64,000 nucleotides of DNA from Candidatus Zixiibacteriota bacterium (lineage in GTDB: Bacteria; Zixibacteria; MSB-5A5; GN15; FEB-12): the NCBI GenBank assembly GCA_020351995.1, contig CP070674.1, positions 3,299,747 through 3,363,746 on the forward strand, given 5' to 3'. Below the pieces are notes generated by a model. That model was not told where the DNA came from, did no database searches, and worked only from the letters and a program-made list of their open reading frames with translations. Each line of letters starts with the position of its first letter. Position 1 is the stretch's first letter. Below, in pieces: positions 9,906-18,540 of this stretch. A program made the translations under genes and the position numbers.

Positions 9906-10307
9906 TCAGCCGCTACTTTGACTTGCCGGGGCCTGCTCAGGGTCCATCCGAAGAAGCACCCAGAAGGTATATACCCCGAGTCCGGTGCCGAAGGGAAAAT
10001 CCACGAGACATAATACACCGATAATCGCAATTAGAACCCGGGCCCAGTGTTTCCGGAGGAGAAGTCCGATGGCACCGACAATTTGGGGAACACCGACAAA
10101 CACAGCCAGAATCGAGAAGAGCCAGATCGGCAGAGACCTCATTACGAAATCCGGTCCGAAAATGTACGCTTTCGAGTGGCCCATAATTACCTGACCCGGA
10201 TAAGAGGCGGCTAAGGAAGCCGCGATAGAAACCAGGAAGTTGATCGAGAGCAACGATAGACCGTAAAGTATATGAAGTATTGATAGTACTTTGATATGAG
10301 TTCGCAT
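9906..10307 (-). CDS. Small integral membrane protein (4 TM), function unknown
   Basis: Four hydrophobic helices; no recognisable motif. Confidence 0.5.
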   Translation of the reverse strand: MRTHIKVLSILHILYGLSLLSINFLVSIAASLAASYPGQVIMGHSKAYIFGPDFVMRSLPIWLFSILAVFVGVPQIVGAIGLLLRKHWARVLIAIIGVLCLVDFPFGTGLGVYTFWVLLRMDPEQAPASQSSG

Positions 10308-10575
10308 AGTATGATTCCTCCAAAGATCTTGAGCAGAGAATGTCCGATCCGGTTACATTAAACACGGAGCATCGGACGCACCTATGGATTGAATACGAGA
10401 AAAGCCGGATAATGTTTCCCTCTGCCCGGGTCGGGCTGACCGCGCAACTATCCCGGTGATCGGGGCGGACTATCCACTGTGTTTTTGATTGAGTTTTCGC
10501 AGGCAGTAGACTAAATTGGGCCGACGTGAGGAGCTTATATCGCTGCCATGAACGCGCAACCGAGAGGAGCCAATC

Positions 10576-11124
10576 ATGACCGACAGCAAAACACCCATGC
10601 ATTATGTTTGCACCTGGGATGAAGCGGCAGAGTTAGTAAAGAAATTCGCTCAATACTGGGTCTGCAACTGCGGATGTCGGGAAGGCAAAGGCAGGTGTAC
10701 CCGTTCTCGCATGGACGTTTGCCTGACATTTGCCTTCGAAGCAACGCTTACGGGTTCGGACCGAAAGCAGATCACGGCTGTCGAGGTAGGCGCGATTCTG
10801 GACGATGCGAGAGAGAAATACCTGGTGGCACGGCCGTTTCGGGATGATGCCACGAGAAGCAAGGTTGAAGGAATCTGCTTTTGCTGCGATGATTGCTGTG
10901 ACTATTTTCTCAACCCTGAAGAGATCTGTGACAAGGGCGCGTCCATCGAGCAGACCGACATGCGCCGGTGCACCCATTGCGGCGACTGTGAACCGGTGTG
11001 CTATTTTGGGGCACGGGTCATGGAAGACGACATCCTGATAATTGACAGCGAAAAGTGCTATGGCTGCGGGCTGTGCGTAGCCGCCTGTCCTGTTGACTGT
11101 ATCGAGATGGTCACCAGAAACTGA
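10576..11124 (+). CDS. Cys-rich 4Fe-4S dicluster-domain protein
   Basis: CTHCGDCEPVC and CYGCGLCVAACP ferredoxin motifs, plus N-terminal CNCGC and ICFCCDDCC clusters. Short paralogue of the 32125-33375 product. Confidence 0.75.
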   Translation: MTDSKTPMHYVCTWDEAAELVKKFAQYWVCNCGCREGKGRCTRSRMDVCLTFAFEATLTGSDRKQITAVEVGAILDDAREKYLVARPFRDDATRSKVEGICFCCDDCCDYFLNPEEICDKGASIEQTDMRRCTHCGDCEPVCYFGARVMEDDILIIDSEKCYGCGLCVAACPVDCIEMVTRN

Positions 11125-11175
11125 GACCCGGCCCCATCGAAGGCCGCCTCCAGCCTTTCACCGTCCAGTAATCAC

Positions 11176-12285
11176 TCAGAATTTGAATAAAGTGTTTAGA
11201 TAGAGTTCCGTTCTAGAGTCTGAATCATTTTGGAAACTGGTACCACGGAGATTCACTGACGCTTTGAATCCCTTGATGGGTGCGCATTCTATGCCGACGA
11301 TAACCAGTGTTTCGCCGTCGTCTTCATTATCAGTGTCGGGATCGTAAACGTCCATGCGGCCGAACAGATCAAGCGTCCTGAACGGAGAATCGGCAGCGAC
11401 CAGGGGCTCCAGATATAGCGCGCCGAAAAATGAATAGCCGGAACTGCTAATATCGTCGAGCACCTCACCATCAACAGAGCTGCGGCCCTGACCCGCTTTG
11501 TAGAAGTTAATGTCGGCACCGACATCGAAGCTGTTGCGGTAGGCCAGTAGTCCTCCCAGAGAAAACAGTCTGCGGTCATAATCGGAAGCCTCAAGTTGAA
11601 CTTCAGTATCCCCGTCGTCGAGTAGCAGCATTCCAAGTTCCTCGTTCTGGGTGCCGAGGTATACCTGGGCCTGCATGGCGGTAAGCTTAAAATCCGGGTC
11701 ATCGGCCAAGGGTGTCAGATAAAAGAAGCCACTGAAATCCTTCTGCTTGTTCATTTCTTCGATATCGCTGTAGCTGGTGCCATTCCAGATGTTGGCGGCG
11801 ACATAACCCGTTTTGCTTTTCTCCCCGAGACGGAAAACAACACCGGCCCCGATGTCGGAGGATGTGAGAAATTTCCTGTCATCACTGACGGTTTTAGCCA
11901 GATAGCGTCGGCCCCAGAGCTTGTTCATCATGTCGATATAATGGGTTGGCTGAATTCCCAGGCGTAGGGTGATGATGCCGTTGGCAAAAGCCGGTCTCCA
12001 GTCGACGTGAGCGTACTTAATTATGATGTTGTACACTTCGGAGCCATCGACGTCGGCACTTCGTAGATCTGTTGTGAGCCTGACAGAAGTGTAATCGGAC
12101 AGTGTCGACTTAATGTCGACGTAGGCGCGTTCAAGCGCAAATTCATTGAAGCTATCCGCTTCATCGGATAGATCCATCATCCAGTGGGCAAAAAGATTAC
12201 CGCCAATATTGGTTTCGGCGGCGTTGACTTTAGCGGTGATCAGCAGGACCACTATAGTCAGCAACGTATGAGCAGCATTTTTCAT
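11176..12285 (-). CDS. Outer-membrane beta-barrel (porin-like) protein
   Basis: Signal peptide MKNAAHTLLTIVVLLITAKVNAAE, alternating beta-strand pattern and a C-terminal aromatic residue (LFKF). ATG 12285 is preferred over the longer ORF start at 12321. Confidence 0.65.
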   Translation of the reverse strand: MKNAAHTLLTIVVLLITAKVNAAETNIGGNLFAHWMMDLSDEADSFNEFALERAYVDIKSTLSDYTSVRLTTDLRSADVDGSEVYNIIIKYAHVDWRPAFANGIITLRLGIQPTHYIDMMNKLWGRRYLAKTVSDDRKFLTSSDIGAGVVFRLGEKSKTGYVAANIWNGTSYSDIEEMNKQKDFSGFFYLTPLADDPDFKLTAMQAQVYLGTQNEELGMLLLDDGDTEVQLEASDYDRRLFSLGGLLAYRNSFDVGADINFYKAGQGRSSVDGEVLDDISSSGYSFFGALYLEPLVAADSPFRTLDLFGRMDVYDPDTDNEDDGETLVIVGIECAPIKGFKASVNLRGTSFQNDSDSRTELYLNTLFKF

Positions 12286-12672
12286 CTTTTTTTCCCCTTT
12301 CGGTGCTAATGTCGAAAACACCGGGTTCTGTTTGAGTTCGCTCGAAGCCCATTTCCAGCGAATATAATCGCCTCGGCAACAATGTCTAACAGTTAATTAT
12401 CAGGCATGTCTCGGGAATTTGAGGGGCTATCGTAATCCTGAGATTGTTTGACTACTGTGGCGGTCGACGAAAATAGGCCGGTCTGGGTACATAAGTTCAA
12501 CTCGTGAACATTCTTTCATAGGTTGGTCTAACGAATTGACTCTCAGCCATTTTTGGCTTGCTCGATGCCCAAATCACCCTTAAATTAGTGGCAATTGCCG
12601 GGAATGATCTGGAAAGCGGCCTACCCGTTCGGACCCGGCATTATTAGGATTGGCCGCATCTTGGCACATTAG

Positions 12673-15600
12673 TTGAAAGCCGGTAACATGCAAGATCGCT
12701 CCGCAGCCAGCACTGCTCACAGATTATCGCTTCTGATAATATTCTGCTTTTTCTTTTCGGGACTGTCCGGTCTCGTTTACGAAATTCTATGGACAAGAAT
12801 GACTGTTTCGGTTGTGGGCGGGGCGCCGTTTGCTGTGGCGACGATTCTGACCGTTTTCATGGGCGGCCTCGGTCTGGGCAGTTATATAGCCAGCCGGACA
12901 ATTGACAGGATCAAGCAACCGCTCAAGCTGGTAAGACTTTACGGTATCCTCGAATTGTTAATAGGCGTCTATGGTCTTGCCTTTCCCTTGCTACTGTTGG
13001 TCTTCAAACCCATCTATGCCGTAATATATAATCAGCTTTTCGAGCATTTCATGCTCTATAATCTGCTTACTTTTGTAGCCACGAGCATTCTGCTTCTGGT
13101 CCCAGTGACCCTCATGGGGGCCACCCTGCCTATTCTCTGCCGCTTTTATGTTACCAGGCTCGGCCATCTCGGCACGCATGCCGGGAGGCTGTACGGACTG
13201 AACACGATCGGAGCCGCGGCCGGTTCGCTTCTCTGCGGTTTCTGGCTTATCAGCCTGCTGGGTATCTGGGGTACACTAGCGGTGGCAGTAGTGATCAACG
13301 CAATAATAGGTATAGTGACGGTGCTGGCCAGCTACCGAATGGAGCTACCGGAGTTTGATTATGAAGGAAATAAGGATGGGCCCGATGGTGATCTCGCAAA
13401 GCCGCGGCAGGAGTATCGCGGAGCGGTAGTTGGAGCTCTGATTATCTTTGCCGTTTCGGGCTATTGCGCCATGGCCTACGAAGTGATCTGGACCAAGTTG
13501 CTGGGGTTGGTCGTCGGTCCAACAACCTATTCGTTTACAATTGTGCTGGTAACGTTCATTGTAGGCCTGGCTTTTGGAAGTATTTTTTTCGGCTGGCTGG
13601 CCGATCGCACCCGCAACACAATCAGGCTTCTGATAGGCACCCAGATCGCGGCGGCTCTCTTCGCCCTGGGCGCAAGCCAGGTACTTGGCAGCAGCCAGTT
13701 ATATTTCGCAAAACTGATTTTCGTTTTTCAGGATCAGTTTACCCTTCGCACCCTGCTGAAGGGTGTTTCCCTTTTCGTTTTCATGATACTGCCGACGCTC
13801 TGCCTGGGCGCGACCTTTCCGCTGGTGGGAAAAATATATACCCAGTCCATTAAGAAAGTCGGTCACTCTATTGGCCGGGCATACGCTATCAATACGATCG
13901 GGGCAGTGCTGGGTTCATTTATGGCCGGCTTCATACTCATTCCCCTAATCGGCAAACAGAACAGTCTGAGCCTGGTAATCGGTTTCCAACTTGTCACGAC
14001 CCTGGCAGTAGCGATCCTTATGATTGTGAAGAACCGGGAAAAGATTGCCAGGTGGACTCCGTACCTGGCGGTGGCCGTCATCGGAACCGTTTTATGTTTT
14101 CAATACCCGGTGTTCAACCGTCATCTGCTGTCTTTAGGAAAGGCTTATCGCGTTAATGATATCGCCGTTGTTCTTCGCGGTGGCGGCTGGATAGACGCGT
14201 TAATCAACGGTGAGGAGATTCTATCCCGGATAGAGCGCGGAGAGTTGCTGTTCTTTGGTGACGGTATTGGCGGTTTCACAACCGTTCTCAGGAGCGAATA
14301 CCAGATGGGTGACACCCACTTTATCATGGCCAACAGCGGCAAGGCGGATGCCAGCACGGTGTCAGATATGTGCACTCAGACGTTATCGGCGCAGTTACCT
14401 CTTATCTTTCATCCCAACGCCAGCCACGTTCTTGTGGTCGGGCTGGGTTCAGGGGTGACCGGGGGCGAGGTGTTGCTCTACCCCGTAGATCGGGTCGATA
14501 TGATAGAAATCAACGAACAGGTAGTTGCCGCCAGTGATTACTTCCGTCCGTGGAATTACAACGTTGTGGATGACCCGCGCATCAACATGATAATACAGGA
14601 TGGTCGGGCTCACCTGGAACTGTCCAAAGAGACTTATGATGCTATCATCTCCGAGCCATCCAACCCGTGGATGGCTGGTCTGGCGGCGCTTTTCACCAAG
14701 GAGTACTTTGAGCTGGCCAAAGAGGCTCTCAATGACGGGGGCATATTTGTCCAGTTCATTCACTCATATCGGATGGACTGGTCCGCATTCGCTCTCGTGG
14801 GGCGGACCTTCGCACGCGTGTTCCCCAACAGTATAATGGTGTCGACGGCTCCGTCGCGGCTGGGTCCTGATTATCTGCTGGTTGGATTCAAGGGATCCGG
14901 CGGTCACAGGTTGGAGGTTGCTCAAAAGAATCTCGGGTACGCGCAGCGTTCGACCAATATCGCGCTTTCGGACGCTCGCCTGATATACATGATGATCGTA
15001 GCTGAGAACCTGCCGCAGCTTTTCGGCGATGGCCCGATAAATTCCGACGCCTCGCCCCTTCTGGAATTCGCCGCACCGAAGCTGATGTACAGTCACGGGG
15101 AGGCTATCGAAAGCACCATACACCAGCGTGGCGAACTTGGCGCAGCTACAGAGGAGATTTTGCGGCAGGTTTCCACGGACGTTGAGCTTCAGCTTGGTTA
15201 TACCGAATACGCTCTATCACTATTTTCACCATTTGATGGGATGGTGAACCTGGCGGTGGCCACACCCGAACAGAGGGATCGGTTCTTAGAACTCACCGAC
15301 AATTTTTTTGCCAGTCACTCCACAGACCTCAATTTTACAGTCGATGAGGCGCTGAAGAAGAGATGGCGAGCTGTGCAGCGGACGGTCATAATGAGCGAAA
15401 TCGAGTCTCTCCCGAATAAGGCGTTATCGTATTCCTATCTTGGGGACATAAATAATGCTGATGATATGCTTGATGAAGCCGTCGCGTGCTATCTTAAATC
15501 GCTGGAGTATGATTCCGAGAATGAGGCGGTGCAGACCAATCTTGGAGTCGCCCTAATGAGACAGGGGCGGGCGACCGAGGCTGTCGAGCGTTTTGAGCGT

Positions 15601-15990
15601 GCCCTGTCGATCAACCCTAACCTGTCGGAGGCCTACAGCAATCTGGGTCATGCCAGGTCAGTGCTGGGGGATGCTGAGGCGGCCGCCGACAACTACCGGA
15701 AGGCCATTGAAATCGACCCGGCAAATCTTATGGCGCTGAATAATCTTGGGCTGGCCTTGATGCAGTCGTCAGACATGGATGGCGCTATTGAGCTTTTCCG
15801 GAAGGTCATCAGGGTGAATCCGTACTCTCCAGAAGCCCACTGTCATCTGGGAGCAGCCCTGACACAGACAGGCCAGTATGAAGAGGCCATAAAGCACTTC
15901 AACGAAGCTCTTCGTTTAAGACCCGATATGCAGCAGGCCAAGGAAGGGTTAGAAAGGGCCGAGTTTTTCAGAGAAGTGCGCGGTCAATGA
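12673..15990 (+). CDS. Fused polytopic membrane domain + spermidine-synthase-like methyltransferase-fold domain + TPR repeats
   Basis: About 12 N-terminal TM helices. SpeE-like VLVVGLGSGVTGGEVL, DMIEINEQVV and DAIISEPSNPWMAGLAALFTKEYF. The C-terminal roughly 200 aa are TPR repeats. Confidence 0.75.
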   Translation: MKAGNMQDRSAASTAHRLSLLIIFCFFFSGLSGLVYEILWTRMTVSVVGGAPFAVATILTVFMGGLGLGSYIASRTIDRIKQPLKLVRLYGILELLIGVYGLAFPLLLLVFKPIYAVIYNQLFEHFMLYNLLTFVATSILLLVPVTLMGATLPILCRFYVTRLGHLGTHAGRLYGLNTIGAAAGSLLCGFWLISLLGIWGTLAVAVVINAIIGIVTVLASYRMELPEFDYEGNKDGPDGDLAKPRQEYRGAVVGALIIFAVSGYCAMAYEVIWTKLLGLVVGPTTYSFTIVLVTFIVGLAFGSIFFGWLADRTRNTIRLLIGTQIAAALFALGASQVLGSSQLYFAKLIFVFQDQFTLRTLLKGVSLFVFMILPTLCLGATFPLVGKIYTQSIKKVGHSIGRAYAINTIGAVLGSFMAGFILIPLIGKQNSLSLVIGFQLVTTLAVAILMIVKNREKIARWTPYLAVAVIGTVLCFQYPVFNRHLLSLGKAYRVNDIAVVLRGGGWIDALINGEEILSRIERGELLFFGDGIGGFTTVLRSEYQMGDTHFIMANSGKADASTVSDMCTQTLSAQLPLIFHPNASHVLVVGLGSGVTGGEVLLYPVDRVDMIEINEQVVAASDYFRPWNYNVVDDPRINMIIQDGRAHLELSKETYDAIISEPSNPWMAGLAALFTKEYFELAKEALNDGGIFVQFIHSYRMDWSAFALVGRTFARVFPNSIMVSTAPSRLGPDYLLVGFKGSGGHRLEVAQKNLGYAQRSTNIALSDARLIYMMIVAENLPQLFGDGPINSDASPLLEFAAPKLMYSHGEAIESTIHQRGELGAATEEILRQVSTDVELQLGYTEYALSLFSPFDGMVNLAVATPEQRDRFLELTDNFFASHSTDLNFTVDEALKKRWRAVQRTVIMSEIESLPNKALSYSYLGDINNADDMLDEAVACYLKSLEYDSENEAVQTNLGVALMRQGRATEAVERFERALSINPNLSEAYSNLGHARSVLGDAEAAADNYRKAIEIDPANLMALNNLGLALMQSSDMDGAIELFRKVIRVNPYSPEAHCHLGAALTQTGQYEEAIKHFNEALRLRPDMQQAKEGLERAEFFREVRGQ

Positions 15991-16020
15991 CCCAGCTAGC
16001 AAAGATTAAAAGGGCAACCA

Positions 16021-16437
16021 TCAGAGCTTGCGAACACGGCAGTAAACTGCCCCGCTATACTCGGAGAAATCCAGAACAACTTTCCAGCTTCCCGGCGTAC
16101 CTGCCTGAGAGTATTCCGTACCGGTAGATTTCAGTTCACTTTGATAAACCTGGGTGCCATTGGCATCGAACAGATAAATTACTCCGGTACCGTTGCTACG
16201 TCCGGATGAATGTTCGATCGAGGCAGTTTGCCCGGTACAGTTCCAATCATAAGTTAACCGGGTTGTAACAAGATAGACGTTGCTGGCGCGGAAAGTGAAT
16301 AGATCCTCGCTGTTGGTTACCTGGGGATCGAAGGAATTGAGCGGGTTATCTTCACCGCATCCCGCCACAGTGGCGCTGGTGACAAGTATAAGCGCAATGG
16401 CAAGAAGATGTTGCGACGTTTTCATTCCTGGTCTCAC
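16021..16437 (-). CDS. Small lipoprotein, function unknown
   Basis: Lipobox LVTSATVAGC after a signal peptide. Lies directly downstream of, and on the same strand as, the AsnB-like gene. Confidence 0.55.
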   Translation of the reverse strand: MRPGMKTSQHLLAIALILVTSATVAGCGEDNPLNSFDPQVTNSEDLFTFRASNVYLVTTRLTYDWNCTGQTASIEHSSGRSNGTGVIYLFDANGTQVYQSELKSTGTEYSQAGTPGSWKVVLDFSEYSGAVYCRVRKL

Positions 16438-16530
16438 ATGGTTGCGTTATTGGCTGCTAATTCCAATACAAGTATAACTCTTATACATCTTATATGCAAG
16501 TACGACTCGCTCGGAGATAACGGAGGAAGA

Positions 16531-18357
16531 TTATTGTGGCGAGTCACTCTGGCGGCACCAGATTTCGAAGCTGCCGATCTTAATGATTTCCGGGGTGTAA
16601 TTGGCCTTGCCGGAAAAGTGAAGGTTCATCATCTTCTCAAGAGCGGAGCCGTTATAATAATGCCGGCCACGGGTAGTGGGGTCCAGAATGAGGTTTCGAG
16701 CGAAATCTTTCAACTCGCCGGTAAACCATTTCCGGTGATGGATCCATTCGCTTCTTCCGACAAAGATCCTGCTTATCCCTGTCAGGTCTCCTGAGCGGCA
16801 CACCGGCAAGGCCCAGCGAGGCAGTTTCTCCCAATTGTAGACGGAATCGACAAAGTTGAGCGTTTTGTAATATAGTTTTGCCAGATTGAGACCTCCGCCA
16901 GCCAGCTCGCCCCGGTTGGTGGGGATTCCGGCAAGGTGTGGAGTGTTCTTGAGATATATTTTTTTCTGAAGCAGGGCGGTATCTTCAATACGAGGCGCCC
17001 GGAGGGTGACGTCAATTAAGCGATTGTCCATATAGGGCGTACGTACGGTCAGGGCGGTCATTTCCTGGGTGTGCCGGGCACCTTCGAGCTGCGGGAGCTC
17101 CTCGCGCAAGAGCGCTGAACGGTCCTTCCACCGAATTTCACTAACGGTGTTATGATAGTGCCGTTTGAAATCGGTGCTGAAGATACCAAGATTCGGTGAA
17201 CGGTCCTTTAGCATGGTTACGCCCCGGATGATCTGAGAGCCGTATTTCCCGGTCAGACGTACCCGGCCAAAGTCCCTGGCCGCCAAGTTGAGGTAATACT
17301 CATGACAGGTGTTCAGGCGGGCAATGCCATCGGACACATAGATGGCCTTTGTTGCCCAGCGTTCGAAGTTATCCAGAAAATCTCTACCCAGCCGAATAAC
17401 GCCCCAGGAGTTGCCGTTCATTGCGGCGAGTCTGCGGGCGATTTTGACATCGTGGCTGTCACGATACATGCCCCCGAAGGTAAACAGGGGTGGTGATAGA
17501 CCCCGGTGCGAGAGGACGCTGAGAATGGCCCGCGTATCCAGCCCCCCGGTGAATGACAGCGCTGTTATCTGAGGTGTATAGTAGTCGGCCACGACAGACT
17601 CAAAGACGCCAATGACGCTATCGAGAAACTCGTTCGGAGCCAGACGTGGTTTCTCGAGCTCAGATTCGGGACCCCAATACTCGCACGATAGACAATCCCC
17701 ACCCTTTAACCTGAACGAGGTGGAAATAGGGAATCTCCGAACTTCCTTATAGAATGTGGCATTGTTGAGAAGGCAGTCGTGTCGGAATGAGTGCACCACA
17801 GCGGTGGTATCAAGAGTCAGTTTGAGGTCCGGTATTAGTTTGAAACATTTTACCTCGGGGGCAAACATCATTCCGCCATCGGGCAACCGGGCGTGATAGA
17901 ATCTCTGCATCCCGAACCTGTCGTTGGCCACAAGGACGGAACGGTCCCGTTTGTCGATTATGAGCAGGTTAAAGTAGCCGTTCAGCCAACGGAGCATGGT
18001 TTCGCCGTGCTGTTCATAGAGTCGGGCGGCGATTTCACTGTGGTTGTGCGGATCGCAAAGACTACTATGGGCGTCTCCCAGCTTGCCGAGCAGCTCCCTC
18101 ATCCCAAACAACTCGCCGCTGAGCAGGCACTGGATAGTGCCGTCACCGTTGCTTCCGATAACATCGGCAGCGTAGTCATGGTCAAGGTAAACACGGCAGG
18201 CCTGAAGTCCCAACTCGGGAGATTCCATGAAACGAGTTCGATAGAACGGCTCATGGGAGATGAGCTCTGCCATTTTTCGGACAAGCTCGCGGTTGCGGTC
18301 GAACACATGGGGATTGTCCTGGACAATTACGATAAGGCCCGGCATAATAGCCCCCAC
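16531..18357 (-). CDS. Asparagine-synthetase (AsnB) family protein with a degenerate glutaminase N-terminus
   Basis: NGYFNLLIIDKRDRSVLVANDRFGMQRFYH (Ntn domain) and ALSFTGGLDTRAILS (variant PP-loop). The N-terminus reads MPGLIVIV where AsnB has MCGI, so the nucleophile Cys is missing. Start is GTG 18357 or ATG 18345. Confidence 0.75.
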   Translation of the reverse strand: MGAIMPGLIVIVQDNPHVFDRNRELVRKMAELISHEPFYRTRFMESPELGLQACRVYLDHDYAADVIGSNGDGTIQCLLSGELFGMRELLGKLGDAHSSLCDPHNHSEIAARLYEQHGETMLRWLNGYFNLLIIDKRDRSVLVANDRFGMQRFYHARLPDGGMMFAPEVKCFKLIPDLKLTLDTTAVVHSFRHDCLLNNATFYKEVRRFPISTSFRLKGGDCLSCEYWGPESELEKPRLAPNEFLDSVIGVFESVVADYYTPQITALSFTGGLDTRAILSVLSHRGLSPPLFTFGGMYRDSHDVKIARRLAAMNGNSWGVIRLGRDFLDNFERWATKAIYVSDGIARLNTCHEYYLNLAARDFGRVRLTGKYGSQIIRGVTMLKDRSPNLGIFSTDFKRHYHNTVSEIRWKDRSALLREELPQLEGARHTQEMTALTVRTPYMDNRLIDVTLRAPRIEDTALLQKKIYLKNTPHLAGIPTNRGELAGGGLNLAKLYYKTLNFVDSVYNWEKLPRWALPVCRSGDLTGISRIFVGRSEWIHHRKWFTGELKDFARNLILDPTTRGRHYYNGSALEKMMNLHFSGKANYTPEIIKIGSFEIWCRQSDSPQ

Positions 18358-18456
18358 TATTTTACAGGATTGAACCCATCTTCGCCGAAAGGGGACGGGG
18401 TTCCTGCGTCACCTGGCAATTTAAGGAACGGACCGGGTTTGGGCAATGGTTTTTCT
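18316..18456. repeat. Direct repeat copy A (leader plus first codons of the AsnB-like gene)
   Basis: Hand alignment to 20198-20333. The core 18361-18456 vs 20241-20333 is about 74/93 nt identical. It includes a perfect 22-mer GGTTCCTGCGTCACCTGGCAAT (18399-18420). Confidence 0.8.
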
Positions 18457-18540
18457 ATAGATATCTCTTTCTCATTGTTTGTACAGAAGTTGTCGAGTAT
18501 AATTGGAGTAATTCAATTCCGGCAAGTTGGGAGGAATACC

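Noticed and set aside
9937-10602. 221-aa minus-strand ORF overlapping the small membrane-protein gene and the intergenic region
   Set aside because: It is out of frame with the convincing 4-TM ORF at 9906-10307. Its composition is Arg/Ser/Cys-rich and it crosses a promoter region.
18367-18377. GGGTTCAATCC on the minus strand of repeat copy A, resembling a tRNA T-loop
   Set aside because: The flanks cannot form a T-stem (GATGG vs CCTGT), and no acceptor or anticodon arms are present. Copy B reads GGGTTTAGTCC.
18385-18435. AAGGAACG and GUUCCU...AGGAAC pairing, reminiscent of glutamine-riboswitch-like elements next to an AsnB-family gene
   Set aside because: The resemblance is on the strand opposite the AsnB-like gene. 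The rest of the remembered consensus is absent. Copy B breaks the stem (AGTAAC) without a compensatory change.
18357-18446. Straightforward lasso-peptide cluster interpretation (precursor + AsnB-like cyclase + transglutaminase-like protease)
   Set aside because: Not accepted as a call. The leader lacks the penultimate Thr, and no PqqD-like RRE or cytoplasmic Cys protease is present. The transglutaminase-like protein is exported and lacks the Cys. The small ORF has no RBS. It is kept only as one hypothesis in the findings.
17893-18540. The N-terminal 216 codons of the 691-aa track ORF, upstream of the DUF3857 gene
   Set aside because: This part lies antisense to the well-supported AsnB-like gene. 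A GGGAGGA RBS plus a textbook signal peptide begin at ATG 18541. The extension is an open antisense frame, not part of the gene.
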